Source: Phaeosaccion multiseriatum (lineage: Eukaryota; Protista; Ochrophyta, other classes). From it: 64,000 nucleotides of DNA. Below are positions 12,671 to 26,100 of the stretch, in pieces. The notes beneath the pieces are model-generated. The model was not told where the DNA came from. It saw only the letters and a list, made by a program, of their open reading frames with translations, and searched no databases. The translations under genes were made by a program, and so were the position numbers. Numbering within the stretch: position 1 is the stretch's first letter; each line of letters opens with the position of its first letter. The stretch is taken from positions 1,488,001-1,552,000 of the forward strand of contig OZ218962.1 in NCBI GenBank assembly GCA_965112735.1. Reading direction: 5' to 3'.

Positions 12671-14951
12671 TCACGGGGCAGTTCTGTTCTTGAGGAGTTG
12701 GTCCACAGGCTCGCGTAGCATGAGGGCCTGTCGCTGTAAACCGGCCAATTGTTTGCCCCTGCGGGCAATCTCCGCTCTCTCCTCGTCTCGGTCCAGATAG
12801 TACTCGAGGGTTTGCACGAGTCGTGAAACAAAGCCTCTAGCTCCGTCGTCGTCACGCTCTTTCCGCCGCCTGACAAACACTAAACCCGGCGCAAACAGGT
12901 TTTGGTCTGCCAATTGACCACTCTGTTCGGAAACTACAAACCTCTCTGCAGCGAGGAGGGGAAGGAGACGAGTCGCCTTCCACTCCCCATCGTCATCAAA
13001 GGCCAGCAGGTTTAGCACAATCTTTGCGTCCATGGCCAGCAGCTCTGCCTCCCGACCAAACGGCGCCCACGCAGCATGGTTGGGAAACATGACTTCAATG
13101 CCCGCCTCGCGCAGAGCTTCAATGACAGAAACCCGATACGGAGTGGGTGTTCCGATAAAGAGGACGTCAATCTGCTCGCGGTCTTCGGTCGTGTGGCGGA
13201 CAGCTTGAGCGGAAGAAGGGCCACCGAGAGGTACGAGGGACGCGGCAATACCCAGGGGGCGCAGCGCTTGCACATTGGCACGGTTGTAATCCCACACTTC
13301 CCAGTGCTGGTAAATGAGAATCAGCTCCGAAGTCACAAAAGTGCCCGCAGCGTTGCGAGAGTTTCCATGTCCGCCCTTGCCCAGGTCGGCGTTACCCTCC
13401 ACCAGGGGCACGTGTTCAAAGTTGTAGAGCACTGCCGTCCTGGGCAAGAGGTGGGGATGCGTGAGCACCGCCAGCCCGCCCTCCTCGTCCCGGTAGAGCT
13501 GAAGGTTGTGAGCGGCCAGCACAATCACCTGGGGCGGGGAGGACGGGAGGGGGATGGGAGTGAGTGAGTGAGCATTCTTCCAGGAGGAACCCCCTCCCAG
13601 TCAGTCCAGTGGAGAGTCACACACCTGTTCGTCCTCTCGGAAACAAGGCTCGCTCCCAACCAGAGTTTGGCAGAACTCGACTCTTGCCGCGAGGCCGAGC
13701 TCTGTCAGCCCGGCCGCCAAGGTCATCGCAATATCTTTGAACGTGTGCATGGTTGTAAAATCGTTGCTGCTCTCGAGCACCACCAGCACCACAAAGGGAA
13801 CTTGACTTCTCAGGAAGGGCATCCCGACTCTATCGGGGGATGAGCTTGGCTCCAGTGGAGGGCGTTGATCGGGGGGCACGACCAAGAAACGCTGCTGCAG
13901 CCGCACGCTCTCATACACTCTTGCGAAGTCGTTTCTGGGGAAACGGGGGGTAGGGGGCCTTCTCATTTGCCGGAAAAGTCCATTCCAATCTAGCGTAGTA
14001 CACTCACCCCTCCCCCCCAAGTACAAGACGAGAAGCCCGCGATGGGGATGGGGAGGGACGACGGCCAGAGCCTGCCCACCGCTCGTCTCGTACTCGCCCG
14101 TCCACGCCCACAAGATGCGCAGGAAATGCAGGAAAACGCTTGCCCGGGCAGTGATTGGGGCTTCATCGGCCACAATGTCCTGCTGCGGAAGAAGCTGGCA
14201 AGCCGGCACCACACAAATGGCTACCACAGAGCCGCAAGGTACGACTGCCTGCACAATACCGGCCAAGTCAGCCGTGGGAGACGTCAGCAGTTTCACCACG
14301 ACCTGGGCCTGACCGTCCCCTCCCACTGCAGAAGAAATTTCGCGAGTGAGCTCCTCCGCCAGGCCCTTGCTACCGCCTCCATTGGCAGCATCACCCGCAA
14401 ATATGAGGACGAGCATGACGTGTGCGTCGGGGCAGTGCCTCGCCACCGCTATGATCTCGGCGACAGCCTCGGCGACGGGATCGCCCTCCCCACCTGCCGG
14501 AAGGTCATATACCGCGATAAAAGCCTTGTATGCGGGGGTCGCGCCGAGCATAAAGACCTCCTTGCGCACCATGTCTCGTAATTGTGCTTGATCATGGGGC
14601 TCGAGTCTTCCAGCAACCGCCTCCAGACTGTTCGGGTTGTAGGGGGGCACGTTAGCTATAAGTCCAATCAACTCCCATCTCTTGGCAGAGCACCAGCACC
14701 AGCAATGAGCCAGTTAGTCACCTGCGTTTGAGATCATCACCCCTGTAGACCGTAAGGGCCTCAGCGCGCACGCTTCCGTCTTGGGCGACCACTTCAATGG
14801 GCAGGTGGAGAATCGGATCTGCTGCTGCTGCTACTACTGCTGCTGCTACCGCTGCTGCTACTGCTGCTACTGCTGCTAGTGCTACTACTGCCTGTGTCGC
14901 GGCAGCAGCGGCAGCAGCGGCCGCAACCGTAGCGAAGAGGGACCATCGCAT
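12671..14951 (-). CDS. Secreted/lumenal glycosyltransferase-like protein (C-terminal GT-B, CgeB/Glyco_trans_1_2-like)
   Basis: Poly-Ala signal peptide MRWSLFATVAAA. C-terminus IDVLFIGTPTPYR...FGREAELL...AKIVLNL...ATRLLPLLAAERFVVSE...YYLDRDEERAEIARRG. The exon 1/2 junction (~14678-14720) is uncertain. Confidence 0.6.
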
Positions 14952-15481
14952 GCATATATCAAGACCTACCGATTGGCTCGCAGCGACGAAACTGAAACTG
15001 TAACGATCCCTTTTGACGTACGATGTACTTCATCATATCGTACATACCCCCCCCCCCCCCTCCCCCCGCTGCCACAAACGCGAGAACGTAAGAGTATGAT
15101 GCCGGCTGAGACTCAATCCTTCACTGAACCACACGCCCTCTCCATTGACCGATTTGGTTCACTTCAATTTGGCTATCCTTTCTCCTCGTCTCCCTTTTCC
15201 GTCCTCCTTCACTTATCCACACGCCTCCTCCTCCACCCTCTCCCTTCTCTATTTGTCTATCCATCTTGTGATATCCGGCCGCTCTCTGTGATTATGAAAA
15301 TTGCACCCTCACTCACTCTTTCTCTCCGCCTTGTGTGACTCCTCCTGCCCCTTCCCATCTTCCCCCTCGCCGCTCTGCCTGTCATGCCTTGTTGAGACTC
15401 CTTCACTGACCCACACCCCTCTCCTCCGCCGCTCCCTTGCTGCTCTGTCTGCCTTGTCGCTGTCCAGCTCTGGGACGCAGC

Positions 15482-16596
15482 ATGGGAAGGAAAAGGGGTG
15501 GGGCTGGCCCACTGACCAACAAGAGGGGAGCTCCACCAGCTGCCTTTCTTCCCGTAAGCGGTCAAGCTGAATTCTCTGGAGTCGTGGGGGAGACGCCTCG
15601 AGGTTACCGTTGGAGGGTTAGGAGCGCCCTTCGCCGCTCGAGCAAGAGCGGAAAGGGGAACACGGCAGCAGCGACAGGAGCAGCGACAGTAGCAGCAGCA
15701 GGAGCAGCAGCAGGAGCAGCAGCAGCAGGAGGAGGAGGTCCTGCCCTGTCCAAGATTGAGCCCAACGAGGAGGGGGGGGGGAGTGAGGGCGTGGACCCAA
15801 TCCTCCTCGGCCAGCTGGGAGAGCACAGGTACACCTTCGTGCGGCCCAATGGCAGCCGCATAGTGTACTCCATCGAGTCGCTCGTGGACTGGTTTCTCAA
15901 GACAGGCGAGTTCACTGAGCCCGAGACTCGCTTGCCGTTCAGCGACACTGACCTGGAAGCCATCGACAGCGAGGCGCGCAAGATAGGCTTGAACAGGCCA
16001 TCGGTCCTCGAGGCGAAGCGAAATCCGTCCTCGTTCACGCAAGAGAGGTCCCGGATGGACGCTCTCACGGGTACGTGGCTTTGTGCATGGCTTGTCTAGC
16101 TTGCTATGCCCTTGTCTGTTCCGCCTCCATGCCCTCTCTCTCCCCCTCCACCCTCTCTTGCTTGCTTCCTTCGTTCCATTTGGCGCAACCCTCATGTGCG
16201 CTTCTTTGTTCTCTTTCTTAGGCTTGGAACGCTGCCTCGGCGAGCTTGTCTCCGAATTGATGAGCATCATCGAGAGCGCGGATGCGGAGGAGGGCGAGCT
16301 GCGCCTCGTCATGCACGTGTTCCCGTCCTTCGCAGACTTGTTCCGACAGCTGTCAGAGGCAGATGCCGAGCACGCCAAGCTGTGTATGAGCCATTTCGTC
16401 ACGTTTCTCAAGGTGTGTCTCCGTGCAGTTGGGGAAGGTACTCTTCCAGTGGCCCTCCCTAATCCTCTACCCCCCGTCCCCCATCCCCCCCTTTGCCCCC
16501 CCTGGGTAGGGCCCTCCCAACCGGCCTACCAAACAGAGCGTTTTCATGGGCTCGATTCTGTCTTTCCTCGACAGTTGTACTAACGGTTGTAAGTAA
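15482..16596 (+). CDS. Hypothetical protein with U-box/RING-like module (3 exons, 3' end uncertain)
   Basis: VDPILL...YSIESLVDWFLKTGEFTEPETRLPF resembles the U-box DPI...Y..I..W...P.TR.P pattern. GT-AG junctions near 16070/16222 and 16411/16509. Confidence 0.5.
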
Positions 16597-17006
16597 AAAA
16601 AGGTGTAGGTTAGGGGAAATCCGGGGAGCGTGTGTGAAACAGCACACACACATAGTCTAAACAGAGGCACCAGTTGGGAAAGGATGTAAAAAGGGAGAGG
16701 AGGGAGAAGAGGAACGGGACAGACGGATCTGTATGGCGCACGGGAGGTCGTACAGAGAGGGGAGGAGGACCACCAGCAGAGTATCTTTCGGCCAATCGTT
16801 GCCGACCCTGAGGCTTTTCTGGCTTCTCTTCCGCCAGAACAAGTGCAGCTCCAAGGTGTAGCTCCAGCATTGGCGTGACAGGACGGAGGTGGGGCTGAAC
16901 GCAATGCGAGCGGAGCTGTAGCGTCGTGGGGGCTGAGCCTCAAAATGAATTATGTAGGTGTCTTGGAATGAATTACAATAGTGTATGATAGTTTTTGGGG
17001 GGGGAT

Positions 17007-17921
17007 TCATTTTGTGCCTGAGCTCGCCTCCTTCCGACACGCGTCCTGCAAGAGTTCCGTCTCTACTGCACTGCCCGGAATCTGGATATACCGCACTGCT
17101 GATCCGCGGATAAAACTATTCTTGATGGAGCTCTGTGCGTGTGAGAGTGCAAGGGTGAAAAGAGGGGGGGGGGGGTCGCTTACACACAGGACGCAAACCT
17201 TGCACACATGGACACAACTCCACCTGTTCGGAAAGACTTACCAATTGTGGAAAGCGCTCCGCATCTACCACTTGCATGTTGATGAGCTGTAAGGACGTCA
17301 GGCGGATGGTGCAGAAGGGGTGGACGTCAGTCTGGGTGAGAATCGCATGATAGTATTAGCCCCTCGGCTCTTTTGTTGGCTCCGAAGTAGTCATCACTGA
17401 TACAACCAAAACCCCAGAGACATGGGTTCCTAAGGATCGAGGTTGATACCTAGGTCGCTAAGTCCCAGGTCGGTGGTCATTGGGATGATATTAGCCCTCC
17501 TCGGCTACGAGTAATCACCCCCGACGAAACCTCCATGGATATGGGTTCACACGGATCGAGCTCGCTCGCCAAGTTCCAGGCCTCGCCCAGACCTTACACA
17601 CACCACGGAGTTCACACACTTCACGCACACAATCTGTCTCTGTGACTACTCCCGAAAGCACACCTTGATGTTGAGGAACTGGTCCACCGAGTGCAGGGTG
17701 CCTGTCAACGCCACGTCGTTCTTGAGCTCTACCGCCACCTCCTTCCCGACTAGTGTCTTGAAGAATGAGAAAAAGAGCTGTGGAGGGGGGGCAGAAACCG
17801 AGCACCAGAGGCTTTTAGAAAGAGGAGAGGTTTAAAAGGGGATAAGGAGATGAGAAGAGGGTGATGGATATACCAGGTGGTAAGTATGCACCAAAGCCGC
17901 AACACATAGCTTCCTTACCAT
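17007..17921 (-). CDS. LSM2: U6 snRNA-associated Sm-like protein LSm2 (4 exons; exon 1 contributes only ATG)
   Basis: Spliced translation M|LFFSFFKTLVGKEVAVELKNDVALTGTLHSVDQFLNIK|LINMQVVDAERFPQL|SSIKNSFIRGSAVRYIQIPGSAVETELLQDACRKEA. Confidence 0.93.
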
Positions 17922-18091
17922 GGTATCCTCCTCTCGCCGGGGAGGGGGGGGGGGGTTGTCCTAAGTTGACGAACCCTATCCCTCAGTGTTTCGGGAGCGA
18001 AGGTAGAGGTTGGCGACTATTGGATGTAGAATGCAAGGACTTTTTCTTGAGAGAGATGGGATATCGAAATGGAGGCAAAAAACGATGATAT

Positions 18092-18513
18092 ATGGAGGAA
18101 GAGCTTTCTTCGCAGCGAGACGCAGCCTTGGCCTTGTCCAAGGAGCTAGCAGGGAGACTTGATGACCTGAAACTCACGTTACGGAGGCGCGTGTCAAATG
18201 CGGAGGGGCTTCGAGAGGAGGCCGAGCAGAACTTCATTGCCGCTTCTGCAGAGAGCGTTGCACACAAGAGCGACAAGCAGTTGAAGTGGGGCGAGCGGCG
18301 TTCTTGGAATCGACTTGTGGTGGCGCTTGTGAGCGCATCCTTCGTAGGTTGGGGTATTTCCTCTGCTCTTTCGCTGCTTCTGTCAGAGACTGTCGTCCTG
18401 TCCTTAGGCGTGTTCGTGACTGCTCTATCGGCAAGAGCGATATATCTACAGCTGGAGCGGCGAGACAAGAGGCTTGAATCTTAGTGTTTTCGTGCGCTTT
18501 TGCGTTCCCACCA

Positions 18514-18574
<61 letters not shown>

Positions 18575-19547
18575 AGGGAGAGAAAGTGAAGGATGGGCAG
18601 GAGAGGTGTCAACACAAAGTGTATGGCGGGCGCGACCAGCAATCTCTCCCGTGTGGTGATTATGGACTTGGTGTATCTATCGCAGGCTGGCTTCGAGAGG
18701 TGGACACTGATGAGTCAATCGGATATGGCAGCGTGCTGAACACTTTGAAGAGCAGCTTCGACTCAGCGGCGCAGAAGAGAAGGGGTCAGCTGGCGCTTGT
18801 AGTGGTTGTGGTGGTGCTAGTTTTGTTGCTGCTCCTCGCCGAAAAGAAGGCCAGAGGGTGGAAGGAGAGGAGAGGGAGGACGGAGGGGGACAAAGCCTGG
18901 ATTTTGATTCCCCGTGTAGAGGGTCAAGCCATTTGTTTGGACATGATGCCGTAGTCCCCGCTGACCGCCCTTGCCCAGCAGAAGCACGGGCAGTAGCAGC
19001 GTCTGAGCGAGCGGTAGTAAATGAAAGAGAACACTCGACAGCAAGCAAGCGTCTCAGCGAGCAGAAGCAACGGAAGAGGAAAGCTCGACAAGCAAGTTGT
19101 TGGAGCTGCGACTGTAGTGCCAGGGAGAGGCGGGTACCAGGAGGACTTTGGCGCCGTGAGGACGACGGTCCAGGACTTTGTGGTGAGAGTTTTCCACTCT
19201 CCTGTGCGGAGCAAGGAGCCATCTTGATGGTCTTTGTTGACGTCTGCGGGCAAGCAGACCCGAACACGGCCGAGCAGATGCTCAGGTGGATGAAGAGGGA
19301 GTGCAAGGAAGGCAGCAACGTGGGCCTGGTGGCGAGGAATGTGGTGGATATGGCGCAAGAAGCGACGATGCAGGCTTTCGGCTGTCCTTGCCATCCCGTC
19401 CCTTCCTTGGCCTCGCGTCGGCCCTGTCAGCCCCCCCTCTCTCTCTCGATGGGTGGGTACGCACAAAGAGAGCCTAGCTTGGTTGCACTTGACGGTGCTG
19501 TTCATGATTGGTCAGAGATTTTGAGTAGGAGGGGTCGCATGCACTAA
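18092..19547 (+). CDS. Hypothetical membrane protein (ORF 18092-18484: coiled coil + 2 TM), possibly spliced to downstream coding-like segments up to 19547
   Basis: 130-aa ORF divergent from LSM2 with two hydrophobic stretches. ORF 18858-19547 looks coding, but the gene model is unresolved. Confidence 0.35.
18517..18568. repeat. (GA)n microsatellite
   Basis: About 25 perfect AG units. Confidence 0.95.
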
Positions 19548-20041
19548 AGTTTGTATTGCAAACACAAAGAGGTGAAGTGTTCTGCTCAACGACAGCAAAC
19601 AGAGCGACAGACTATATAACGGGTTGCTGAAGGATATTGTCGGCGCCAGTGAGACAGAGAAAAAAGGAGGGACGTACAACTGGGGGGTAGCTGCACAGCC
19701 TCTCCGGTCTTTCTTGGGGAGAGAAGAGAAGAGGAAGCAGTCTATTTGAGGGCACGAAGAGAAGCACTGCGCTTGTATTACGGACACACACGGCAGGGCT
19801 CTACCGGCCGCCTCCCCCCTTCTCAAGGAGCGAAAGAGGCACGGCTAAGGGCAGGCACGGGACACCCCCTCCCTACCAAGTTCGCTTCGCGGACAGCACA
19901 GCAAGCCGGCCTGTCTGTCCTCGCACAGCTTGCGTTGGCCCCACGCACGGACCTTGTACTGGGGTACTCTAAGAGCGACACCAATGTGTATCTGCTCGGG
20001 AGGTGACGAAGACTCCGCTTCGAACAAAATGATGCGCCTTT

Positions 20042-20783
20042 TTATGCTTTCTCCTCGGCAACAGCCTCCTCCTTTTCTGTCTTTTTTGTGTCTGCATCCT
20101 CCGCCTCTGCTGCTACTGCTGCTGCTGCTCCTTCCTCGGTTTTGCTCTCAGCTGCTGCTGCTCCCGCTGCTGCCTCATCTCCACCCTCCTCTTTCTCACT
20201 CTTCGCTTCATCCTTTTTTGCCCAGTATTCGTCCATGGTGTCGTCCAGTCTCTTCCCTGTAATTCATTTGGGTTCAGGGCAAGTAAGTGGACGAGCTCCG
20301 CTACATCCTGTTGAGCGGGGGGTTAAGTACCTGCTGTCGTCTTGTCCTTCAAAAAGTAGTCGTCCATCTCCGCATCAAGGCTCTCCTTCGTCGGCTTCGG
20401 TTCCTTGGTCTGTCCCTGCTGGCCCGGAAAGTGACGTGTGGGTTCATTCCATTTTCTGTATACCTGCCCTCTACAACTCACCTTTCCACCACGGCCTCCG
20501 CCTCTGCCACCCCGCCCCGCGCCCCGCTTCCCCCCGATTCCTCTCTTGTGAACAGTGCCTCTGCCTCCCCTTCGACCGCCTGTCGTGGAGGCCATGTGTA
20601 CAAAGAGAAACAGAGGAGAGGAGAGAGGGGAGGAGGAGGGGGGGAGGGTAAGAGAGAGGGGGTGGAGGAGAGGAGAGAGAGAGCGGTCCATCCCCTGGTT
20701 AAGGGCCAGCAAGGGTCAGCAAGGATGAGTGTATCGAAACAGACCGGCCGTATCTTACCCTTCCCTGCGCCCGTTCCGGACAT
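20042..20783 (-). CDS. RGG + Friend-of-PRMT1 duplication (CHTOP-like) RNA-binding protein
   Basis: MSGTGAGKG|GRRGGRG...GRGGRGGGRGGK, then KESLDAEMDDYF and a second copy DTMDEYW, then an acidic tail. Confidence 0.7.
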
Positions 20784-21165
20784 TATGTTGTGAGAGCGAG
20801 GGGGGAGGAGAGAGAGGTGGGGTCGAGGAGTAGGCAGGTAGAGGGCAGGGAGAGGGAGGGAGAAGGGGGGGGCGAGGAGGAAGCAGAAAGACAAACGCGT
20901 AGGGGCGGGCGGCGGGCAAGGCGGTGTACAATCAGGTCACAGATGCTAGCGTAGAGCCAACTCGTGTGGATGAGTTCGACGGCTGAAACCGTTCACCACT
21001 TTACAAAGGGGCGTTGGGTGGAGGAGAGAAGCTGCAGTATAAGAAGGTACCCGAAAGAAAGAAAGAAAATTAGCCTGTCTATGTGAGCATCGCTGCTTCT
21101 TACTAACTTCACTGTGTGGTACCGTCCCCTTGGAATAGCAGGCTGAAAACCGAGACACAACCACA

Positions 21166-22023
21166 ATGACGGACGTCACAGCAACAGACGTCCAGGCGGA
21201 GTTGCAGGAGTACTTAAACTCGAAGAATATCAATAGTCTCTTCATCCAGGTGAGTTGTAGCCTATGTTTCCCCGGAAAATGGAGACCAACAAACACTCTA
21301 ATCAGTGCAAGCACCTCACGCACCTCTCCATTCAGATTGTGGAGCGCCTCTTGATCGAGAAGCCGGACAACCCTATTGGCTTCATGGTGGAATATCTCGT
21401 CAAGAAGTTCCCAGACGAAGCCAAGGCAGCTGCCATAGGGGCGGGGGGGCTGACGAGGAGACAGTCGCAGGGCTCGGCCGTGACACTACACAGGTGGGGG
21501 TAGGGGTAGGGCAAGGCTCAGCGAAACAGAGGCAGCAATATGACGCCCGTCCCCCAACCCCCCCCCCTATTTCTCTCTCTTTATCTCTGCTGACTCTTGT
21601 ACAGCCACGTGTCCGACGAGGAGTCGGAGGAAGAAGAGGAGGGCGATGATGACTACGTGGACGACATTGAACCCATGATTAAGCCCCAGGGCAAGGGCGC
21701 CAAGGGCATGCGCAGAGTATCTGTGTCGGCAGAGTCAGTAGATCCTAACAATGTGAGCTTGACCTCGTCCGCCCGAAGTATGGGAGTGCCCGCAGTTTTC
21801 ACTCACACTCGTCCCCATTCCCCTTTGCGCTGCTCACGACAGAATCAAGGCGAGCTCAAGACGATTCCCAAAACAGACGAAGAGGCGGCGCGCATTCTCG
21901 ACATCCTTCGCGAGAACATCATGTTCAAGCACCTCGACACGCAGCAGGCACAGGAGGTACGGGGAGATGGAGGAGGGCATCGCCACCAAGTGAAAGGGAA
22001 CACCAGCCCCAACCAAACGACCA

Positions 22024-22061
<38 letters not shown>

Positions 22062-23098
22062 GTGAAGAATGCCATGTTTGGTGTGGATCACGTAAAGGAG
22101 GACGAGGTCATCACGCAGGGAGGAGACGGGGACAACTTCTACGTTATTGATAGCGGCACCATTGATGTCTTCATCGACAAGGGCGGGAAGGAGACCAAGG
22201 TAGGCCCCCCCGAGCGAGCGCTCAAACTTTATTCAATTTCCCTGACAACCTCTCCCCCCCTCCCGTGCGAAATAGATCAAGACCATGGGCCCTGGCGAAT
22301 CGTTCGGAGAGCTTGCCCTCATGTACAGCACGCCGCGCACAGCCACCTGCAGAGTCACCTCCGATACCATCAAGCTGTGGGCACTCGACCGCATCTCCTT
22401 CAAGATAATCATCATGCAAACAACCATCGAAAAGAGGAACCAGTACAAGGTACGAAGGAGCGAAGACGTGCCAGAGTCAGAGGCGACCACCCTTCCAGAG
22501 AAACCAAACCAACGCGACTGACACCCGAAGCACACCACCGCCTTGTCCCCCGCAGAGCTTCTTACAGGAGGTGGCCATCTTGGACCAGCTCACGGAGTAC
22601 GAGATCCTCACCATCGCCGACGCACTGACGGAGGAGACGTACGAGGACGGACACCAAATTTGCGAGCAGGGAGACGTCGGCAACGACTTTTACATCATCA
22701 AGGAGGGCCTGGCGAGCTGCACGCAGGTGGACTCCACTGGCGCTATGGTGGAGGTCGCCGCGCTCAACGAGGGCAACTACTTTGGAGAGGTGAGAGCCCT
22801 GCTTTCGTACCCCTATTTTATACGTTGTACATGTTCTTGTTCCTCCGTCTGCCCACCTCGAACGTGAACGAAACCACGCCAATGCGCCCGCTCTCATCCC
22901 GAATAAACCTTCCATCCCTTCTCTTCTCAGATTGCGTTGATGACGAGCAAAGTGCGACAGGCGACGGTCACCGCCAAGGGCAAGCTCACGTGCCTTTCGC
23001 TGGACCGCAAGACCTTCCGAAGAGTCATGGGGCCCCTCGATGACATTTTGAAGAGAAACATGGAGGCCTACTCAAAAATCGCGGCGCAGAACATATGA
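21166..23098 (+). CDS. PKAR: cAMP-dependent protein kinase regulatory subunit (multi-exon)
   Basis: N-terminal D/D domain ([17 protein letters not shown]), inhibitor site RRVSVSAES, two cNMP cassettes ([15 protein letters not shown] and [15 protein letters not shown]). Confidence 0.93.
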
Positions 23099-23194
23099 GA
23101 GACAGCGGCTGGATATATAAATTGTGAAGCTTGGACAAGCCAAGTGCCAAGAAGACTCTACTCCACACACAAATGGAAATGAAAATGTATCTAA

Positions 23195-26100
23195 CTAGGA
23201 AGTTGAAGTTGAAGTTGAAGTTCGCTCGCCCTTCTCTGTCTCTTCTCTCTCGGAGCGCATGTTCAAGTCGTACTCGGAGACGAAGCACGCCAGCAGGGGG
23301 CACTCCGGCTGCCTCCCCAAAAAGCCTGGGTCGGTCCGATCCAACACTGCCTGTAGAGCGAGCAGTGCATCGCTCCATGCCCTTTGAAGCCGGTAGATGC
23401 GGAAGCAATTTCGGCCCACATTGTTGCCACAGGACAGAGGGTCCTCCACGAAGAGAGGGTCGAAGCGGTACGGGACTCGTTGCTGCATCTGCTGCAATGT
23501 ACTGCCCGTAGCAGCCGGTCCGCCCCATCCTTGCTGGTGCGTCGTGTGCGTGGAGTAGAAGTGTTGAGGCATTGATGGCGGCGCCCCCCCCGGAGACCCA
23601 CCGGCGCCTCCACGGTGAGCCGTGGACAGGAGCGGTCCCGCCCCTCCAGTGAGGCGAGAAAAGTAGCAGCGCCGGCTCACACTGATGCCTGTCGTGCGTG
23701 GATCAAAGTGATTGCCGTAAAAGTCCAGCAGCCCCATCAATAGGGACCCCGAGTCATGCTGCCATGCCTGGACTTGAAGATACCGGGTCACCTGGGAACA
23801 CAACAACAACAACACAGTGCTCTCATGCTTAGTGTCGGTAAACAAACGAAAACTGCAACCCCTCCCCGCTCCTCAACACACGTACCATGAGAGTGAGCGC
23901 ATAGGATGACAGCCCCCCCGTGTAGCTCTCTGCAAGCCCCCTCTCCTTGAGGAACTGCTTGAGCAGCAGTACGAGCGGTCGCAGAGCCTCGAACTCGTCA
24001 ATGAGGCCGCGCACCAAGCGGTTGGCGGCCTGACCGCTATGACCTTGCCACTCGAAGGAAATGTCCACAAACACAGCCTTTTGGTTATTGGAAAGCGGCA
24101 CCTCCTGCTGCTGTTGGTGCTCCTGCTGCTCGAGTGGTGGCAGCTCACTTTGTAGGAAGGCTGGTGTTAAACCGCCCAAAGCCTCCAAAGCACCCTCCTC
24201 TTCCTCCACCATTGCAGGCTGTGGGCCAGCACCAGGGGGGGGCGCGTTCTCGTCCTTCTGTTCGGGCTCCCTGTCCTCCTCCTCCTCTTCGAGCATCCCC
24301 CTGCCTGTGGTGACGAGCTTGATGACGGGAATGGCGGTGTGGCTAATGATCTTGATGCTCTTGGGGTCCACCCACCGCGCCCCGCTGAGCTGCCTAGCAA
24401 GCTCTCTCTGCCACGTCTCTCGCACGGCATTGCGGCCCTCGAGCGCCCCCGGTGTGTCTGCGGGGGCATCCTTCCGGACCTGATTCGCGCAACAGCAGAT
24501 TGATACAAATGATGAGAGCCAAGAACGCAAACAAAAAGCACCCACCCACCTAGTCAACTCGCCTTGGGCAGGGAAATGACAAGATCCATGTCACTCCAAG
24601 GAAGAGAGAGGCCCGTCACGAAAGAGCCGTACAAGTTGACTTGGGCCCGCGGCCACAAACTGCGCACCACAGCCTTGCACCTGCTGAAGGCCATAATTTT
24701 GGCTTCGAACATGACCTGCTCCTGGCGGGTCACATAGCTCAGGAAGAGACTGAGGTCCTCACAGAGACGAGAGCGCAGCGAGGCACGGAAATCTTTCGCA
24801 AAGCCCCTCCTGCTGCCTCCGACCCAGCCGAAGCCCAACGACTTGATGGACAGGCGATTGGCGATGGAGTGATACTCGCCCTCCTCCTCGCCATTGCCAT
24901 TGTTCACTCCGTCCTCCTGCCCGAGCACAACGCCCTCGTGGTCCTGGCCCCCAACCACGGAACTTAAGTGGTGGTTGTTGTGCTCCGGGTTGTACACTGG
25001 GAGCGTGTTTTCAGAGAATGTCCTGCCAGCACCATTGTCACTGCCCCCCAAAGCAGCAGTGCCACAGGCCTCTGGCATGGCACCGCCGCTGTCGCTGGCC
25101 CCAGAGCACAGCGTCTTGTGGAAACTCGTTGGGTTCCTCACACTTGATTTCGCCGAGAGCAAGCCTTTCTGAGGGACAAAAACTGGGGCTGTTGCTCGGA
25201 AGGGGTGCTTGGCTTTCGCCCCCCGCCTAAAGCCTACGCCCTGTTTAAGGCCCCTCCCTCTCCGATCTCCTGCCTCCCCTGAGATCACTCCTTGCAGGCC
25301 TACTTGTCTCCTGCCGTTTGGTGCCGAGTTGCCGAAAAATGCCGTGGGGAGCTCTCTCTTTTCGCCTAGAAAGCCCTGCCCGTCATCACTCATGGCATCC
25401 CAAGACACGTGCCGGTGCTCCGGTATCACCTTCCCCAAAACTGCGGGGGGCGGGGTTGGGGAACAAAAGCCGCTCCCCACCTTTTCCCTGCCAAAGTCCC
25501 CTCTTCCGCCGACCTCACCCCCCTCCCCTGTACTAGCCCCTCCCCCATCCCCCCCCCCCTGCTGCAAAATCTGTCGCTGCGTGCTGCTATCACTGAGTGC
25601 TGCAACAACGTTGCTGAGTTTGGCCACCTCACTCTCGAGTCGAAGGCACTGAGGTGTGTGCGCGAGGGGGGTGAGGGGAAGAGAGTCAGCGTGTGGTACT
25701 CCACAAATCTGCCGCCCCCCCCAGTTCCCTATTCCCAAGCAAGGCATGCGCATCACACTTGACTTGACTTATTGATTTCCTCCCCTATACCTAGACTCAC
25801 CATGTCCCGCAGAACCATGTTCTCTTCCTCTGCCGCAACTCGGTACCTCCTCTCTCGATCAAGCTGCTGCTCCAACTTAAGGGGAAGCCCCTGAGTATTC
25901 GGGGGTAGGCCCACCGAGGTCCCGGACGCCTCGAAGCTCGACCCCACGTCCAGGTCCACCTCCAGCCCCCTCGGACCCGTAGACCCCCCTGCTACGTATT
26001 TTCATTTTGCCCCAAAGAGAGTGTCAGTCAAAGAAGGAGGATTCAACAGACAGTGTAAATCAATCAACGAGCGTCGCCTACCTGTCGAGGATGCTGTATG

